64,000 nucleotides of DNA from Mobula hypostoma (Eukaryota), in contig NC_086107.1 of assembly GCF_963921235.1 (NCBI RefSeq), forward strand, positions 112,904,001 to 112,968,000, read 5' to 3'. Both the position numbers and the translations under genes were made by a program. Under the pieces are notes generated by a model that did not search any database, was not told the DNA's origin, and saw only the letters and a program-made list of their open reading frames with translations. The first letter of the stretch is position 1. Each line of letters begins with the position of its first letter. Positions 1 through 13,200 of the stretch are shown one piece after another.

Positions 1-156
1 GGCTCCAGATAGGGTCACCCACAGCAAGCAGGTCAAAGGGTATAGGCCAGACTAAGAGGGTCCACCTGTTCTCCAGGTTCGGGGGTTCAGCTCAGGGCTA
101 ACAACCCCAACTGGTCAAACAAAACTGCTGAGGGCTAGATCGTGGTATTCAAGGCC

Positions 157-489
157 TACTACTACGTCGACTCAGGCCTAGGGGGCCGGCGTCGGGCACG
201 ATGACGGACTCTCCACTTCTCCCTCTCCTTCATCAGTGTGTTCAGTTCATCTACATTAGCCATGCCATAGTCTTGAGAGGACGCCCAGGGTTCATCCTCC
301 CATGCCTGGGCTCCCATATGATGACCAGGCTGGCAGGTAGCTCGGGGTGGCATAGAAAGTGCCCCGCTAGTTGCAGTCTTCTCACCTCGATTTTAGTGGT
401 GAGCATCGGTAGGTTGTTATAGAGCTCGACGTTCGTCATGTGCTGTTGCCAACTCACGTCAAGAGCCATCCGGAGCACTCGTGTATAGT
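157..489 (-). mobile_element. RTEX/RTE-group LINE 3' fragment
   Basis: ORF2 C-terminus LRMALDVSWQQH...RRLQLAGH...GRP...RPEST*, (TAG)n tail, TSD gtattcaaggc(c) at 145-156 and 490-501. Confidence 0.8.
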
Positions 490-519
490 GTATTCAAGGC
501 CAGTGATCCAGAACTATAC

Positions 520-3060
520 GAGATGTTCAGGTGCAGACCACAGAAGGCTATCTTAAGAGCAAAAAAAAAGATTCTATTTGAGGTCAGAGATGGAATTGGA
601 TGCATGTCAGCTCTGGCAGGGTTTGCAAAGCATACAAAGCATTATGAATGACAGTGAGGCATCTCTTCCAGATGAGCTCAATGCCTTTTATGTGCGCTTT
701 GAAAGGAGAAATGAGTAAGTATGCAAATGATACTAAAATAGGTGGAGTTGTGGATAATGAAGTTGGTTTTCAAAGCTTGCAGAGAGATTTAGGCCAGTTA
801 GAAGAGTGGGCTGAAAGATGGCAGATGGAGTTTAATGCTGATAAATGTGAGGTGTTACATTTTGGTAGGACTAATCAAAGTAGGACATACATGGTAAATG
901 GTAGGGTATTGAAGAATGCAGTAGAACAGAGGGATCTAGGAATAATGGTGCATAGTTCCCTGAAGGTGGAATCTCATGTGGATAGGGTGGTGAAGAAAGC
1001 TTTTGGTATGCTGGCCTTTATAAATCAGAGCATTGAGTATTGGAGTTGGGGTGTAATGTTGAAATTGTACAAGGCATTGGTAAGGCCAAATTTGGAGTAT
1101 TGTGTACAGTTTTGGTCACCGAATTGTAGGAAAGATGTCAACAAAATAGAGAGAGTACAGAGAAGATTTACTAGAATGTTATCTGGGTTTCATCACCTAC
1201 GTTACAGAGAAAGGTTGAACAAGTTGGGTCTTTATTCTTTGGAGCGCAGAAGGTTGAGGGGGGACTTGATAGAGGTATTTAAAATTATGAGGGGGATCGA
1301 TAGAGTTGACGTGGATAGGCTTTTTCCATTGAGAGTGGGGGAGATTCAAATAAGAGGACATAAGTTGAGAGTTAAAGGGCAAAAGTTTAGGGGTAACATG
1401 AGGGGGAACTTCTTTACTCAGAGAGTGGTAGCTGTGTGGAATGAGCTTCCAGCAGAAGTGGTTGAGGCAGGTTCGATGTTGTCGTTTAAAGTTAAATTGG
1501 ATAGATATATGGACAGGAAAGGAATGGAGGGTTATGGGCTGAGTGCAGGTCGGTGGGCGTAAGAGTTTGGCACGGACTAGAAGGGCTGAGATGGTCTGTT
1601 TCCGTGCTGTAGTTGTTATATGGTTATATGGAAATTAAACTAAATCTACGTGAATCCCTCCAGCATCTGGTGACCCTGTGACCTCTGTCTTGGAAGCGGA
1701 CCTGAGAAGGGTGAATCCTCGCAAGGCGTCAGGCCCTGATGATGTAGATGGCTGGGGTCTGAAAACCTTTGCCAACCAACTGGTGGGGGTGTTTTGTCAC
1801 TGCTCCAGTCAGAGGTTCCCACCCGTTTCAGGATGAGCGGCCTCAATGACTGTCACCCAGTGGCACTCACATCTACTGCGATGAAGTGCTTTGAGAGGTT
1901 GGTCATGCTGGAATCAACTGCTGCCTAAGCAAAGGCCTGGACCCGCTGCAATTTGCCTATCACCACAATAGGTCTACAGTGGATGCAATCTCACTGGCTC
2001 TCCATGCAGCCTTGGACTACCTGGACAATTGTAATACTTACATCAGGCTGCAGTTTTTTATGACTAGCAGCTCAGCATTCAACACAATCATAGTCCTAAT
2101 CAAAAAGATCCAAAATGTAGGCCTCCGTACCTCCCTTGGCAACTGGATCCTTGACCTCCTCACCAGGAGACCACAGTCTGTGCGAATCGTAAATAACATC
2201 TCTTCCTCGCTGACTATCAACAATGGCGCACCTCAAGGATGTGTGCTTAGCACACCCACGACTGCTTGGCTAGACACAGCCCTAATGCCATCTATGAATT
2301 TGCCGATGACACAACTATTATTGGTAGAACTTCAGATGGTGATGAGAGGGTGTATGGGAGTGACATAGATCGGCTGGTTGAGTGGGGTCACAGCAACAAC
2401 CTTGCATTCAATGTTAGTAAGACCAAAGAGTTGGTTGTGGTCGAGGGACCACACACCAGTCCTCGTTAAGGGATCTGAAGAGGAAAGGGCAAGCAGTTTC
2501 AAGTCCCTGGGTGTCAACATCTCTGAGGATCTGTCCTGGGCCCAACACATTAATACAATTACAAAGGAGGCACAACAGCAGCTATATTTCATTGGGAGCT
2601 TGAGGAGAATTGGTATATCATCAAGGACTCTCACAAAGTTCTGCAGAAGTACCGTGGAGAGCATTCTAACTGGTTGCATCGCTCTCTGGTTTGGAGGGGC
2701 CACTGCACAGGATTGGAAAAAGCAGCAAAATGCTCGAAGTTCAGCCAGCTCCATCACGGGCACTAGCCTCCCCCACCGCCAGGACATCTTCACGAAGTGA
2801 TACCTCAAAAAGGCGGCATCCGTCATTAAGGACCACCATCATTCCGGACATGCCCTCTTCTTACTGCTACCATCAGGGAGGAGAACAAGAAGCCTTAAGA
2901 CACACACTCAGTGGTTCAGGAACAGCTTATTCCCCTCTGCCAGCAGATTTCCAACAGGACATTGAACCCATGAACATTACCTCAGTAATTTTCCCCTCTC
3001 TTTTTGAACTTCTTATTTAATTTATTTTTTAAAGTTAAATCTTATTGCATTTTATAGTTT
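520..3060 (+). mobile_element. Degraded Rex1/Babar LINE interrupted by a CR1 copy
   Basis: SLPDELNAFY (662-691), DAISLALH...[25 protein letters not shown] and LYFIGSLRR...ESILTGCI fragments spread over several frames. Confidence 0.75.
713..1630 (+). mobile_element. Young 5'-truncated CR1 LINE (RT C-terminus)
   Basis: Open frame KYANDTKIGG...WQMEFN...RPNLEYCVQFWSP...RRLRGDLIEVFK...WNELP; (ttatatgg)n tail; near-identical to the copy at 42143-43340. Confidence 0.9.
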
Positions 3061-3077
3061 TTATTCCTATGGATTAG

Positions 3078-3430
3078 TAGTGGGTAGTGGCTCCATATGT
3101 CACTACTACAGGGCGTGACGACCCTGCCTCACACGAGTCCCGGGCTCGGCTGGCTCCGGCTGACAGTACCCGGTATGGGCCCCTATCCAGGGTTACAGAT
3201 CCCACTGCCTTGTGGGTATCTTCGGGAGAACAGAAGGCTGAGGAGTAAACCCTACAGAAATCCGGAGTGGAGCCCCTAAGGCGGTTGGATGATGTATCAC
3301 GTCACCTCCCAGCAGCTCCTGCAGCCAAGCTGATGCCAAATGTACTGCTTTGCATTCCTTTGGACCACATCTGCAAGGCCGAGAGGGGGATCTTGATGTC
3401 TGGGCAGCCCAGGATCTCCATATTCATCGC
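3078..3430 (+). mobile_element. Non-coding dispersed repeat, probably RTE 5'-UTR-derived
   Basis: Shares gaaggct..ggagtaaaccct..ccctaaggc..ctcctgca..cctttggac..gagaggggg..gggca block with 40885-41070 and 54030-54230 (minus). Confidence 0.5.
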
Positions 3431-3889
3431 TGTTGCAGATAAATCTAAGGAGCAGCAAACAGAATAGATCAGGCCGACTCAGAGAGTTGTTTCAGACTGA
3501 AGGATTTTATTTACATGATATCATGGAGAGCCCAAGCACCTAAAAGCGGGATCTTGGAACTCTGCTTAACAATAGAGTACACTCTTATTTATACCCCAAA
3601 CATACGTGACAAGAAGCACTCAAAGCTGTAAGGAGGAACCTAAACTACAATTCTACAGAATAGCGAAGCTGGACGATATGTCCTTGAGAGGTATACATTT
3701 TCTAAGTGTTGGTTCTCAGGACAGTATATCAGACTTTCCAAGCGCAGACATGTGATGATTCTTAGAACGAGGAAGCACAGACATAGATTTTTACCCACAC
3801 ATTTCAATCACACAGTGTACATTAGTCGCAGATAAGTGATTACAGACTTTGAATTCACATACTAGAAAAAGGTTATTAACCCCTTAACA
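3431..3889 (-). mobile_element. Candidate solo LTR (459 bp)
   Basis: Minus strand reads TGTTAAG...GCAACA, with TATAAA near 3590 upstream of AATAAA near 3507; no clean TSD. Confidence 0.45.
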
Positions 3890-3896
3890 TTCGTCA

Positions 3897-4447
3897 CAAT
3901 GTCTTACTGGTATGGAAGTTGTCCTGTCCAAGACCGAAAGAAGCTGCAGAAGATTGTGAACACGGCACAGCACATCACACAAACCAATCTTCCGTCTGTG
4001 GACTCACTTTACACCACACGCTGTCGGAGCAGTGCTGCCAGGATAATCAAGGACACGACCCACCCAGCCAACACACTTTTCATCCCTCTTCCCTCCGGGA
4101 GAAGGCTCAGGAGCTTGAAGACTCGTACGGCCAGATTTGGGAACAGCTTCTTTCCAACTGTGATAAGACTGCTGAACGGATCCTGACCCGGATCTGGGCC
4201 GTACCCTCCAAATATCCAGACCTGCCTCTCGGTTTTTTTGCACTACCTTATTTTCCATTTTTCTACTTTCTATTTATGATTTATAATTTAAATTTTTAAT
4301 ATTTACTAATTTTTACTATTTTAAATATTTTTAATATTTAATATTTGTAATCCAGGTAGTGGGAAGCGCAGAATCAAATATCGCTATGATGATTGTACGT
4401 TCTAGTATCGATTGTTTGGTGACAATAAAGTATAAAGTATAAAGTAT
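3897..4447 (+). mobile_element. Rex1/Babar-type LINE 3' fragment
   Basis: WYGSC...LQKIVNTAQHI...HPANTLF.PLPSGRRLRS...SFFP; AATAAA plus (taaagta)n tail. Confidence 0.8.
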
Positions 4448-7179
4448 TCTCCTGCCTTTTCCCCATAACCTTTGATGACTTGATTAATCAAGAATGTACC
4501 AACCTTCACTTTAAATATTCCCAATGACTTTATTCCACAGCCGTCTGTGGCAATGAATTCCACAGATCCAGTTTTTTTACTACAAAGCTGTCCAAGATCT
4601 TGGGATTTATTGTTTTTTTTGGTTGCATTGTAGGAAATTGTAAAACTATTTCCGATTCATCTCTTCCTTTATTAGAAAACTAAATGTTTTTTGATTCATG
4701 TGAACTTTCTCCAACCCATTCTATTATCTTGCTGGGGCCCCCTCTACAGCAGCAAGAGCAGGTGTAGGCCAGGTGATCCCTGTCCACAAAGGCCACCTTG
4801 AGCTTCCAGTTACATGTTATTTCAGCTCTCCTTCCCATTCCCATACTGACCTGTTTGACCTCTGTTTCCTCCACTGCCATAGTGAGAGCGACTGTGTAGT
4901 AACTTCTACTTTGAAAAAGGCACACTCGACAACTTCATGCCCAAGAAACAACTTTATCTCGAACGTCAAAACCGTTATGCATATACAGAGGCTTTCACAA
5001 CCCCTTACGGCATGGCAGGTACACTATATACAGCACACCAGAAGTAAAAAGAACGGAAGTAGAACCCCCTATTATCCTAATTAGTATTAACTTACTTTTA
5101 ATAATGCTCACATTATAACAACCTGTAATATAGAAGATTAACATCTTATATTCACGTGGTATCGTGGAACTTGCTTTAATGCAAGGGTTAACGTAACATA
5201 CAGACAGGGTTTGACTGCATATAGGAGTGTAGACAGCACAGGGAAGAAAGATCTTTGAAGAGCAAAGCTTCCCTTTGCACAGCAGGGGTCTAGAGACGTG
5301 ATAAATCATGAGGTTGTGTTGCATTTTGATAAAACTCTGGTTCTGCCGTATCTCATGTATAGCATATACTTCTGGTCACCCCACTACAGGGAAGATGTCG
5401 GGGCTTTGGAGAGGGTGCAGAAGAGGTTTACCAGGATGCTGCCTGGCTTAGAGGGCATGTGCTATCATGCGAGGCTGGACAAATGTGCCTATAAGTGATC
5501 CAGGGCACATAGACCAACTGCGGGACAATTGCTTTACTAACTTCAACGTGTCGTCAGTTATCACCTTGTAGTTTCTATTGACTTTTAACACTCCTATTGT
5601 GAATGGTGATTGATCTTGCAAGTCAGGAATTCAAACATACACAGTTTATCAAATGGCCAATGTCCAAAACCGCCTGTCAATTCTGTATAAAAATGGCATA
5701 TCTCAGTTCAGACTTTAGAACAGTGCAGGATGACAGGGGCTGCATTGTTCCCCTTGTGCACAAGTAAAACAAAGTGCAGTTGAGTCGTAGGGGTGCGTGT
5801 GTTCTGGGCCCAGTTATTATAGTTTATTATCCTCAGTATGAGTATGAGACAGTATGAACATCATGTTTTTCAATTTTAGATAATCCTCAAGCCTTGTGTT
5901 GCTTTCCCTCCCCTACCAACTTACCTTTCCCATTCCTCCCTGTTACCTAGATTTGTTACTGTGCACCAAAGCAACACAGACAAAATGCCAGAGGAACTCA
6001 GCAGGTCAGGCAGCATCTGCGGAAAAGACTGAGCAGTCGACATTTCAGGCCGAGACCCTTCTGGTTCCATCTGCCCATCACCCCTTCATGGATTACGTCA
6101 ACACTCCTCTCTGCCTCAGTAGAGCAGTCAACATAAACAAACATCTCATGTAACCAAGTTTGAAAACTCAATAAAAAAATTATTTAAAAAAAAACAAGCA
6201 AACAACTCACCCACTCAGGCATTCTCTCACTTCTCCCCTCCCATCCAGTAGAAGATACAAAAGCATGTACCACCAGGCTCAAGGTAATGTCCGTCCCATT
6301 GTTACAGGAGTATTGAATGTTCCCCCGTATGATAAGATGTATTCTTGTCCTCACAATCTACCTCGCTATGACCTTACACCTTGTCTGCCTGCACTCTCCT
6401 TTCTCTGTAACTGCAACACTTTATTCTGCATTCTGTAATTATTTCCACTTGTACTGTGTAATGAAATGTTCTGTATGGGTGACATGTAAAACAAAATTTT
6501 TCACTGTGTCAACAATAAACCAATTTACTGCACGCTGATCCACTTTGGCCCATCTTTCCTGTCTTCTACCCCCTTCCGGCCCACCTGCCCATCATCCGGC
6601 TCCACCAATCACCTTCCAGTTCCGTCCGCCTTTCCCTTCCCCTCCCCACTCCTCCACCTGGCTCTACTTCCCCTTTCCTATCACTCACCAGCCTCGGATT
6701 CTAAACGCCTGCTCACCTGCCTGACTCCATCCGCCCCCCCATCCCCTTCTCAATCGTTCCACCCATCACCTCCCAGCCTCTGTCTTTCACCTCCTTCTCC
6801 TCAACCTGGCTCCATCTGCCCATCATCCCCCACCTCACCTGACCATTATCACCTGCTTTGCCCCTCCCTATCAACTCTTTCTTCTGCCTATCTTGCCTCT
6901 AATACTTCGAGTCCTAATCCAGGATCTCGAACTGAACCATTGACTATCCTTTTGCCTCTGTAGTTGCTGCCTGACCCACTGTTTACTTACTTTATAACTA
7001 TTTCTTATTGTAACTTATAGTTTTTGTGTATTGCACAGTACTGCTGCCACAAAATTTCACAACATATGTCAGTGGTCATTATGTATTTAATATTTCAGTA
7101 ATATTTGAACAATGTTGTCGGTCTATTTTTTGAATTGGCATCCTTTGTTATTTATATAGTTCATTACGATTAGATGTGA

Positions 7180-7660
7180 AAGGACAGAGAAAATTTACAA
7201 GGATGCTGCCAGGACTGGAGTTATAAGAAAAGATTGATTAGGTTGGGACTTTATTCCTTGGAACGTAGAAGATTGAGGGGAGATTTGATAGAGTTATGCA
7301 AAATTATGAGAGGTATAGATAGGGTAAATGCAAGCAGGTTTTTTCGACTGAGGTTGGGTGGGACTACAACTCGAAGTCATAGGTTAAGGGTGAAAGGTAA
7401 AAAGTTTAAGGGGAACATGAGGGGAAACCTCTTTACTCAGAGGGTCATGAGAGTGTGGAACGAGCTGCCAGTGCAAGTGGTGCATTTGAGATCGATTTCA
7501 ACGTTTAAGTGAAGTTTGGATAGATGCATGGATGGTAGGGGTTTGGAGGGTTATGGTTCTGGTGCAGATCGATGGGAGTAGGCAGTTTAAATGGTTCAGC
7601 ATGGACTAGATGAGCTGAAGGGCCTGTGTCTGTGCTGTACTTCTCTATGATTCTATGACT
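7180..7660 (+). mobile_element. CR1 3' fragment
   Basis: LGLYSLERRRLRGDLIE...FTQRVMRVWNELP; (ctatga)n-like tail. Confidence 0.8.
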
Positions 7661-8348
7661 ATGTGAATGGCATACATCATTACGTCGCCGCGCCAGATGT
7701 GCGTACCTCAATGAGTAAAGGAAGTGGTACCTTTGAACCTTTATTTGATTTTGAAAAAAGATGGGGCTCATTTGCTCGTTATTATCACTTGAGTTAATTG
7801 ATATAGTTTTTCCACGATCTAACTGTAAATTTTTTAGTATATTTTCTTTTCTTGCTGGCGGTTTGATGTTTATTTTTAGAAGCTTTTTGCATGACGCATG
7901 GCTCCGGGGTTGTACACCTAATGGGTTCTTTTTTTTTCTCACTTTTCTGCTCAGTAGGTTTTTTTGTTAACACAAAATTTTTTTTCAATCTTTAAGATAA
8001 TGTTTTTTTTGAGGCATTGTAAGTGTTGTTACTTCGATGTACTCACGTTATTTTTCCTGCATAATATAAGAATAAAAAGATTTGAAAAGAGAAAGGAAGA
8101 AAGGAAGGAAGTGGCTGGCGTGTTACAAAATGTAACAGTAATAAACTTGACTCTGATTCTAAATTGTTGTTATTAAGGTTAATGAGGAAGATGCATTATT
8201 GTCACTGCAGTGCAAGGAAGGTAGAATTTAGTAACAATACCACTATGTGTCGTACTGTCGTTAATCGGTTTATGCTGATTTAATTTACTCAAGACAGAAA
8301 CTAAACCAGGCAAGAAACAACTGGTGAAGACCGGTGCAAGACCATTAG

Positions 8349-8378
8349 ACACAGCACAATTATTTAAGAAACTTTAAT
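8349..8378 (-). terminator. Candidate polyadenylation site of the tetraspanin mRNA
   Basis: ATTAAA (8378-8373, minus) followed by GU-rich TTGTGCTGTGT in non-repetitive DNA; alternative AATAAA at 8872-8867 and 8694-8689. Motif-only evidence. Confidence 0.3.
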
Positions 8379-9255
8379 TGAGAATGTTTACATGTTACAA
8401 GCCATTCACTTTTTGATTTACTGAAAGACGGCATTTCCATGGGCCACAGGTTTGAATCATCCTAGAGTGGGTACATGGGCTTTTGAAGCTGAGACAGAAA
8501 TGGCACTACGCCACCTTTCTCGCCTCTCCCGCCAAGAGTTTATCACCACCAGCAGAAAACCGTTTGCTTTTAGGTCCCTGTGAGGGGTTTGGATGCTTTT
8601 TCCAGCGACAGGAGAGATGACAAGCAGGCAATGCAAATCTAAGATAATTGGCAAAAGAGCCAGAAGGGAGATGATAAGAATTCTTCATTTTATTATGCAG
8701 TGGGCTGCAATAATCTTCAAAGAGATAAAAAGGAAAATTTGGTGGAAGTAGGTTCAACATTGGTTTTCACAGGACATGCTTAAAATGACAAAAGACAAGG
8801 TGGAGGAATGAAAGGGCTGGAAAATGTAAATGGGCCGAATAGTCTTCTGTATCATGATTAGTGGTTTTTATTTCCAGTCTCTATTTGTACAAAAATATAC
8901 AGTTGCTTAAAATTCTGGACATGGAGGGCATAGGAGTCATTTTGACTGACAGTCAAGAATACTCCAATGGAAGAACTTGCATTGCTATTGGCTTTGAGTA
9001 GGCATGGCATCATGGGGGTGGACATATCAGGTGACCATGGCACAAGTAAGGGAGCGCGCAGCTGAAGGAACAAAGTCATGTGATTGGACATACAAGAATG
9101 TGTTTCTACAAAGTTTGTTTCTACAAAATACCATAAACGGAATCAGATCATAAGTCTTCAGCGCTGACCTATGCTCCTTGGCTACCAGTTAGGGCTTTGA
9201 GAAAGGCTGATTGTACACTGAAAGCATTTTCCTCCAGACTCCAAACAAGGGGTTC

Positions 9256-9845
9256 AGCAGATGCTGGAACTCCAGAGAAACACACACAAAATGTTGGAGG
9301 AATTTGACAAGCCAGGCAGCATCTACGAAAGTGAATAAACAGTCAACGTTTCAGGCCAAGACCCTTCCTCAGTACTGGAAAGGAAGAGGGAAGATGCCGG
9401 AATAAAAAGGTGGGGGAGGGGAGGGAGGACTAGGTGAAACCAGATGGTTGGGAAAGATAAAGGGCTGGAGAAGAAGGAATCTGATAGGACAGGAGAGTGG
9501 ACCATAGGAGAAAGGGAAGGAGGAGGGGACCCAGGAGGAGGTGATATACAGCTGAGGAGAAGAGGTAAGAGGCCAGAGTGGGGAATAGAAGAGGGAAGGG
9601 GGAGGGAAATTTTTACTGTAAGGAGAACTGGGTGTTAATAGCTTCAGGTTGGAGGCTACCCAGACGGAATATGAGCTCCTCCACCCTGAGAGTGGTCTCA
9701 TTGTGTCAAAGGAGGAGACCATGGAGAGCCATGTTGGAATGGGAATGGGGATAGGAATTAAAATGCTTAATACCGGGAAACGTGGCAGATGGAGAGGAGG
9801 TGATTGACAAAAGCAGTCCCTCAATTTCCGTCGGATCTCACCAAC
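9256..9845 (-). mobile_element. Penelope-like element fragment (GIY-YIG C-terminus and pLTR) in the probable 3' UTR
   Basis: Degenerate GE..R.L..F / HF.S..HSH / IFRLGSLQP coding remnants, pyrimidine-rich 3' region, degenerate hammerhead motif at 9341-9376. Confidence 0.7.
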
Positions 9846-10223
9846 GTGTGTAAACAGATGTGTAGGGGTTGATGGAGGATTGGCTTAGCTGCACTGACCC
9901 TTGCAGGTGACATCAGTGGGAAGCAGTTACATTATTATTTGGTCACTTGTACTTAGCTCTGCGGTGACCCTATCCTGCACTCAGTACGATGCTGAGCATA
10001 GGCCAAGATCATGATGTCTGAGGTGGCAAAAAAAAAAATCCTGTACAGAAAATACCACAGAATGAATCGTGAGCCCATAGAAGGGACCCATTATGTTGCC
10101 TACTTGCAGATGGCCTAGGTGCCAGACACTAGTGATGAAGAAACGGAATCCCGGATTTCACAGAGGCAGGCGTCCAGGGAGATGTAAAATATGTAGTGAA
10201 ATTTTAAAAGAAGGAACTGCTTT

Positions 10224-10292
10224 TCAGCTGTAGTGCTTATCTGCTTTGACAAGTTGGCAGTACATCACCAGGGAGAAGATTAGGCCCAGGAT
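10224..10292 (-). CDS. TSPAN4-like: Tetraspanin coding exon 7 (end of TM4, tail, TGA stop)
   Basis: ctttctctccttcctcag|ATC CTG GGC ... TAC AGC TGA; ILGLIFSLVMYCQLVKADKHYS*. Confidence 0.92.
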   Translation of the reverse strand: MLGLIFSLVMYCQLVKADKHYS

Positions 10293-13200
10293 CTGAGGAA
10301 GGAGAGAAAGAACATTCATTAATAAAGTGGAGAGGGTCGGTAGCTTTAAATTCCTTAGCCCAAGCTAACATGCCGCATGCAAGAGAATTCCGAGAAGCAC
10401 GGTTTCCTGTAAACAGACGTGTAGGCTTCGATCCTATTTACGAGGTAATACAGGCAAAATTTTAGACCACAACACACAAAGTTCACCACGCAACCAATCA
10501 GCAATGAAGTCTCCTGCCTACATCACAACTGAGTTTCCGTAACGACGACCAATCAGCTGATTGTTAAGTATGTAAAGGCCAAGCATTCGGAGGACACACC
10601 ACAACCAACAGCGCACTGACCATGTCTCCTCGCATGACAGCAAAACGTTTGCAAATGAATTACCAAGATCAGAGAATCATTAACGTATCAGTGGATCTGT
10701 CTGGGACCAGCACGTACTGTAAATGACATCACAAGGATGGCACAACAGCGTCTCTCATTTCTTAGAAGCTTGTGTCGATTTGGCGCGTCACTAAGAACTT
10801 CGGACTAACTCCTTTAGGAGCACAGTGGGGAGTATCCTAACTGGTTGCCTGGGATGGGAACACCGATGCCCAGGATTGGAAATGACTGTATACAGAAAAC
10901 GGTGGATATAGCCCAGTCCATCACAGGCAAAGCCCTCACTATTATTGAGTACACTTACGTGGAGTGCTGTCACAAGAAAGCAGCACCTCTCATCAAGGAC
11001 CCCACCATCTAGGCCATGCTCTCTTTATTTATTTATATGTATTGAGATACATGTGTGGAAAAGGCCCTTCCAGGACAATTTACGATGACCAATTAGCCTA
11101 CCTACCAGTACCTCTTTGGACTGTGGGAGGAAACCAGAGCACCTGGAGGAAACCCACACAACCCACATGGTCATGGGGAGAACGTACAGACAGTGGCAGG
11201 AATCTAACCCGGGTCGCTTGTACTGTGAAACATTGTGCTAACCATTAGCTACAGTGAGGTGTGGAAGCTTTAGGACCCACACCACCAGTTTCAGAAATGG
11301 TTAATACCCTACAACCATCAGGCTCTTGAACCAGTGTGGATGACTTCACTCACCTCAACTCTGAACTGATTCTGTGACCTACAGGACTCCACAACGCATG
11401 TCTTCAGTATTGTTTTTATTTGCAAGGTCTGATGTCTTTGACACGCTGGTTGTTTGTCAGTCTCGGTCTGTTTATGTGCAGTTTTTCATAAATTCTGTAG
11501 CGTCGTATATCTTGTTCCAAATGTTTTTATTGTGAGGCAACATCAGCTTAACTACAAACTGTACAACTGACAATGTCCTAAAGTACAATGCTTCTTTTCT
11601 CTTTTCTTTCTTATAACAACATAATGAAAATCAAATGAATGTATGTATAGTAAACAAGTAAAAAGCAAAGGAAACCCTATCACTCCGTCTCCTTTCCCCT
11701 TCCCAGCCCTTCCCTCCCCTCACCCCTCCCGTATGTGCTGTTTAGGTCCTACCGCCCCCAACACTTAGTTCAGCTGTCGGTCTCTGCTAAATAATGGTTG
11801 CCACGAGGAAATCTGCAGATGCTGCAAATTCAAGCAGCACACACAAAAATTGCTGGTGAACGCAGCAGGCCAGGCAGCATCTCTAGGAAGAGGCGCAGTC
11901 GACGTTTCAGGCCGAGACCCTTCGTCAGGACTAACTGAAGGAAGAGTGAGTAAGGGATTTGAAAGTGGGAGGGGGAGGGGGAGATCCAAAATGATAGGAG
12001 AAGACAGGAGGGGGAGGGATGGAGCCGAGAGCTGGACAGGTGATCGGCAAAAGGGATACCAGACTGGAGAAGGGAGAGGATCATGGGATGGGAAGCCTGG
12101 GGAGAGAGAGAAGTGGGGAGGGGAGCCCGGAGGGTGGAGAGCAGGCAAGGCGTTATAGTAAGAGGGACAGAGGGAGAAAAAAGAGAGAGAGAGAAAAGAA
12201 AGGGGGAAAAAAATAAAAAAACATATTAAATAAATAAATAAGGGATGGGGTGTGAAGGGGAGGAGGGGCATTAACAGAAGTTAGAGAAGTTAATATTCAT
12301 GCCATCAGGTTGTAGGCTACCTAGACAGAATGCCCCTCCTCCCCTTCACACCCCATCTCTTACTAGCTCTTCTTTCAGTTAGTCCTGACGAAGGGTCTCG
12401 GCCCGAAACGTCGACCGTACCTCTTCCTAGAGATGCTGCCTGGCCTGCTGCGTTCACCAGCAACTTTGATGTGTGTTAGGTGAGGACGGGTGTGTATTCC
12501 CACATCTCACCCTTTCTGAGCTCCACAATCGGTTCTTTGGTCTCACTGACGCTGCCAGGTTGTTGCGTAAGACCACTCAACCAGCTGATCTGTCTTGCTC
12601 CTGTACGCCCTCTCAACACCGTCTGAAATTCTGCCAACAATAGTTGTGCCATCGGCAAATTTATAGATGCCATTTGAGCTGTGCCTAGCCACAAGTCATG
12701 GGTGTAAAGAGAGTAGAGCAGTGGGCTAAGCACACACCCCTGAGGTGCAGAAGAACCAAGGAGAGATTCTGTGGATGCAACAGAGGCACTGGGATGCTGT
12801 GGTGCCTCCCAGGTGCCAGGATCATGAACATCTTTGGGTCCTTGGCATTCTAAAGGGTGAGGGTGAGGGTGAGCAGCCAGAAGTCTTGGTATATATTGGC
12901 ACCAATGGCATGGGTAGGAAAGGTGGGGAGGTCCGGAAGAGGAATTTTAGGGAGCTGAAAAGCAGGACCTCCAGGGAAGTGACCTCTGGATTGCTGCCTG
13001 TGCCACGTGCTAGTGAGGGTAAGAATGGGACGATTTGGCAGATGAACGCCTGGCTGAGGAACTGGTGCAGGGGGCAGGGTTTCAGATCACTGGGATCTCT
13101 CCTGGGGAAGGTATGACCTGTACAAAGGGGATGGGTTACACCTGAACCCGAGGGGAACCAATATCCTTGCGAGCAGGTTTGCTGGAGCTGTTGGGGAGGG

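Larger units (their letters stand above)
11808..12476. mobile_element. Penelope-derived element with inverted pLTR ends
   Basis: About 11850-11950 is the reverse complement of about 12365-12465; 12246-12272 pairs with 12329-12356; hammerhead motif in each arm. Confidence 0.75.

Noticed and set aside
4896..5197. Possible solo LTR inserted after a Penelope fragment
   Set aside because: TG...CA ends can be drawn, but there is no TSD and no convincing TATA/poly(A) pair.
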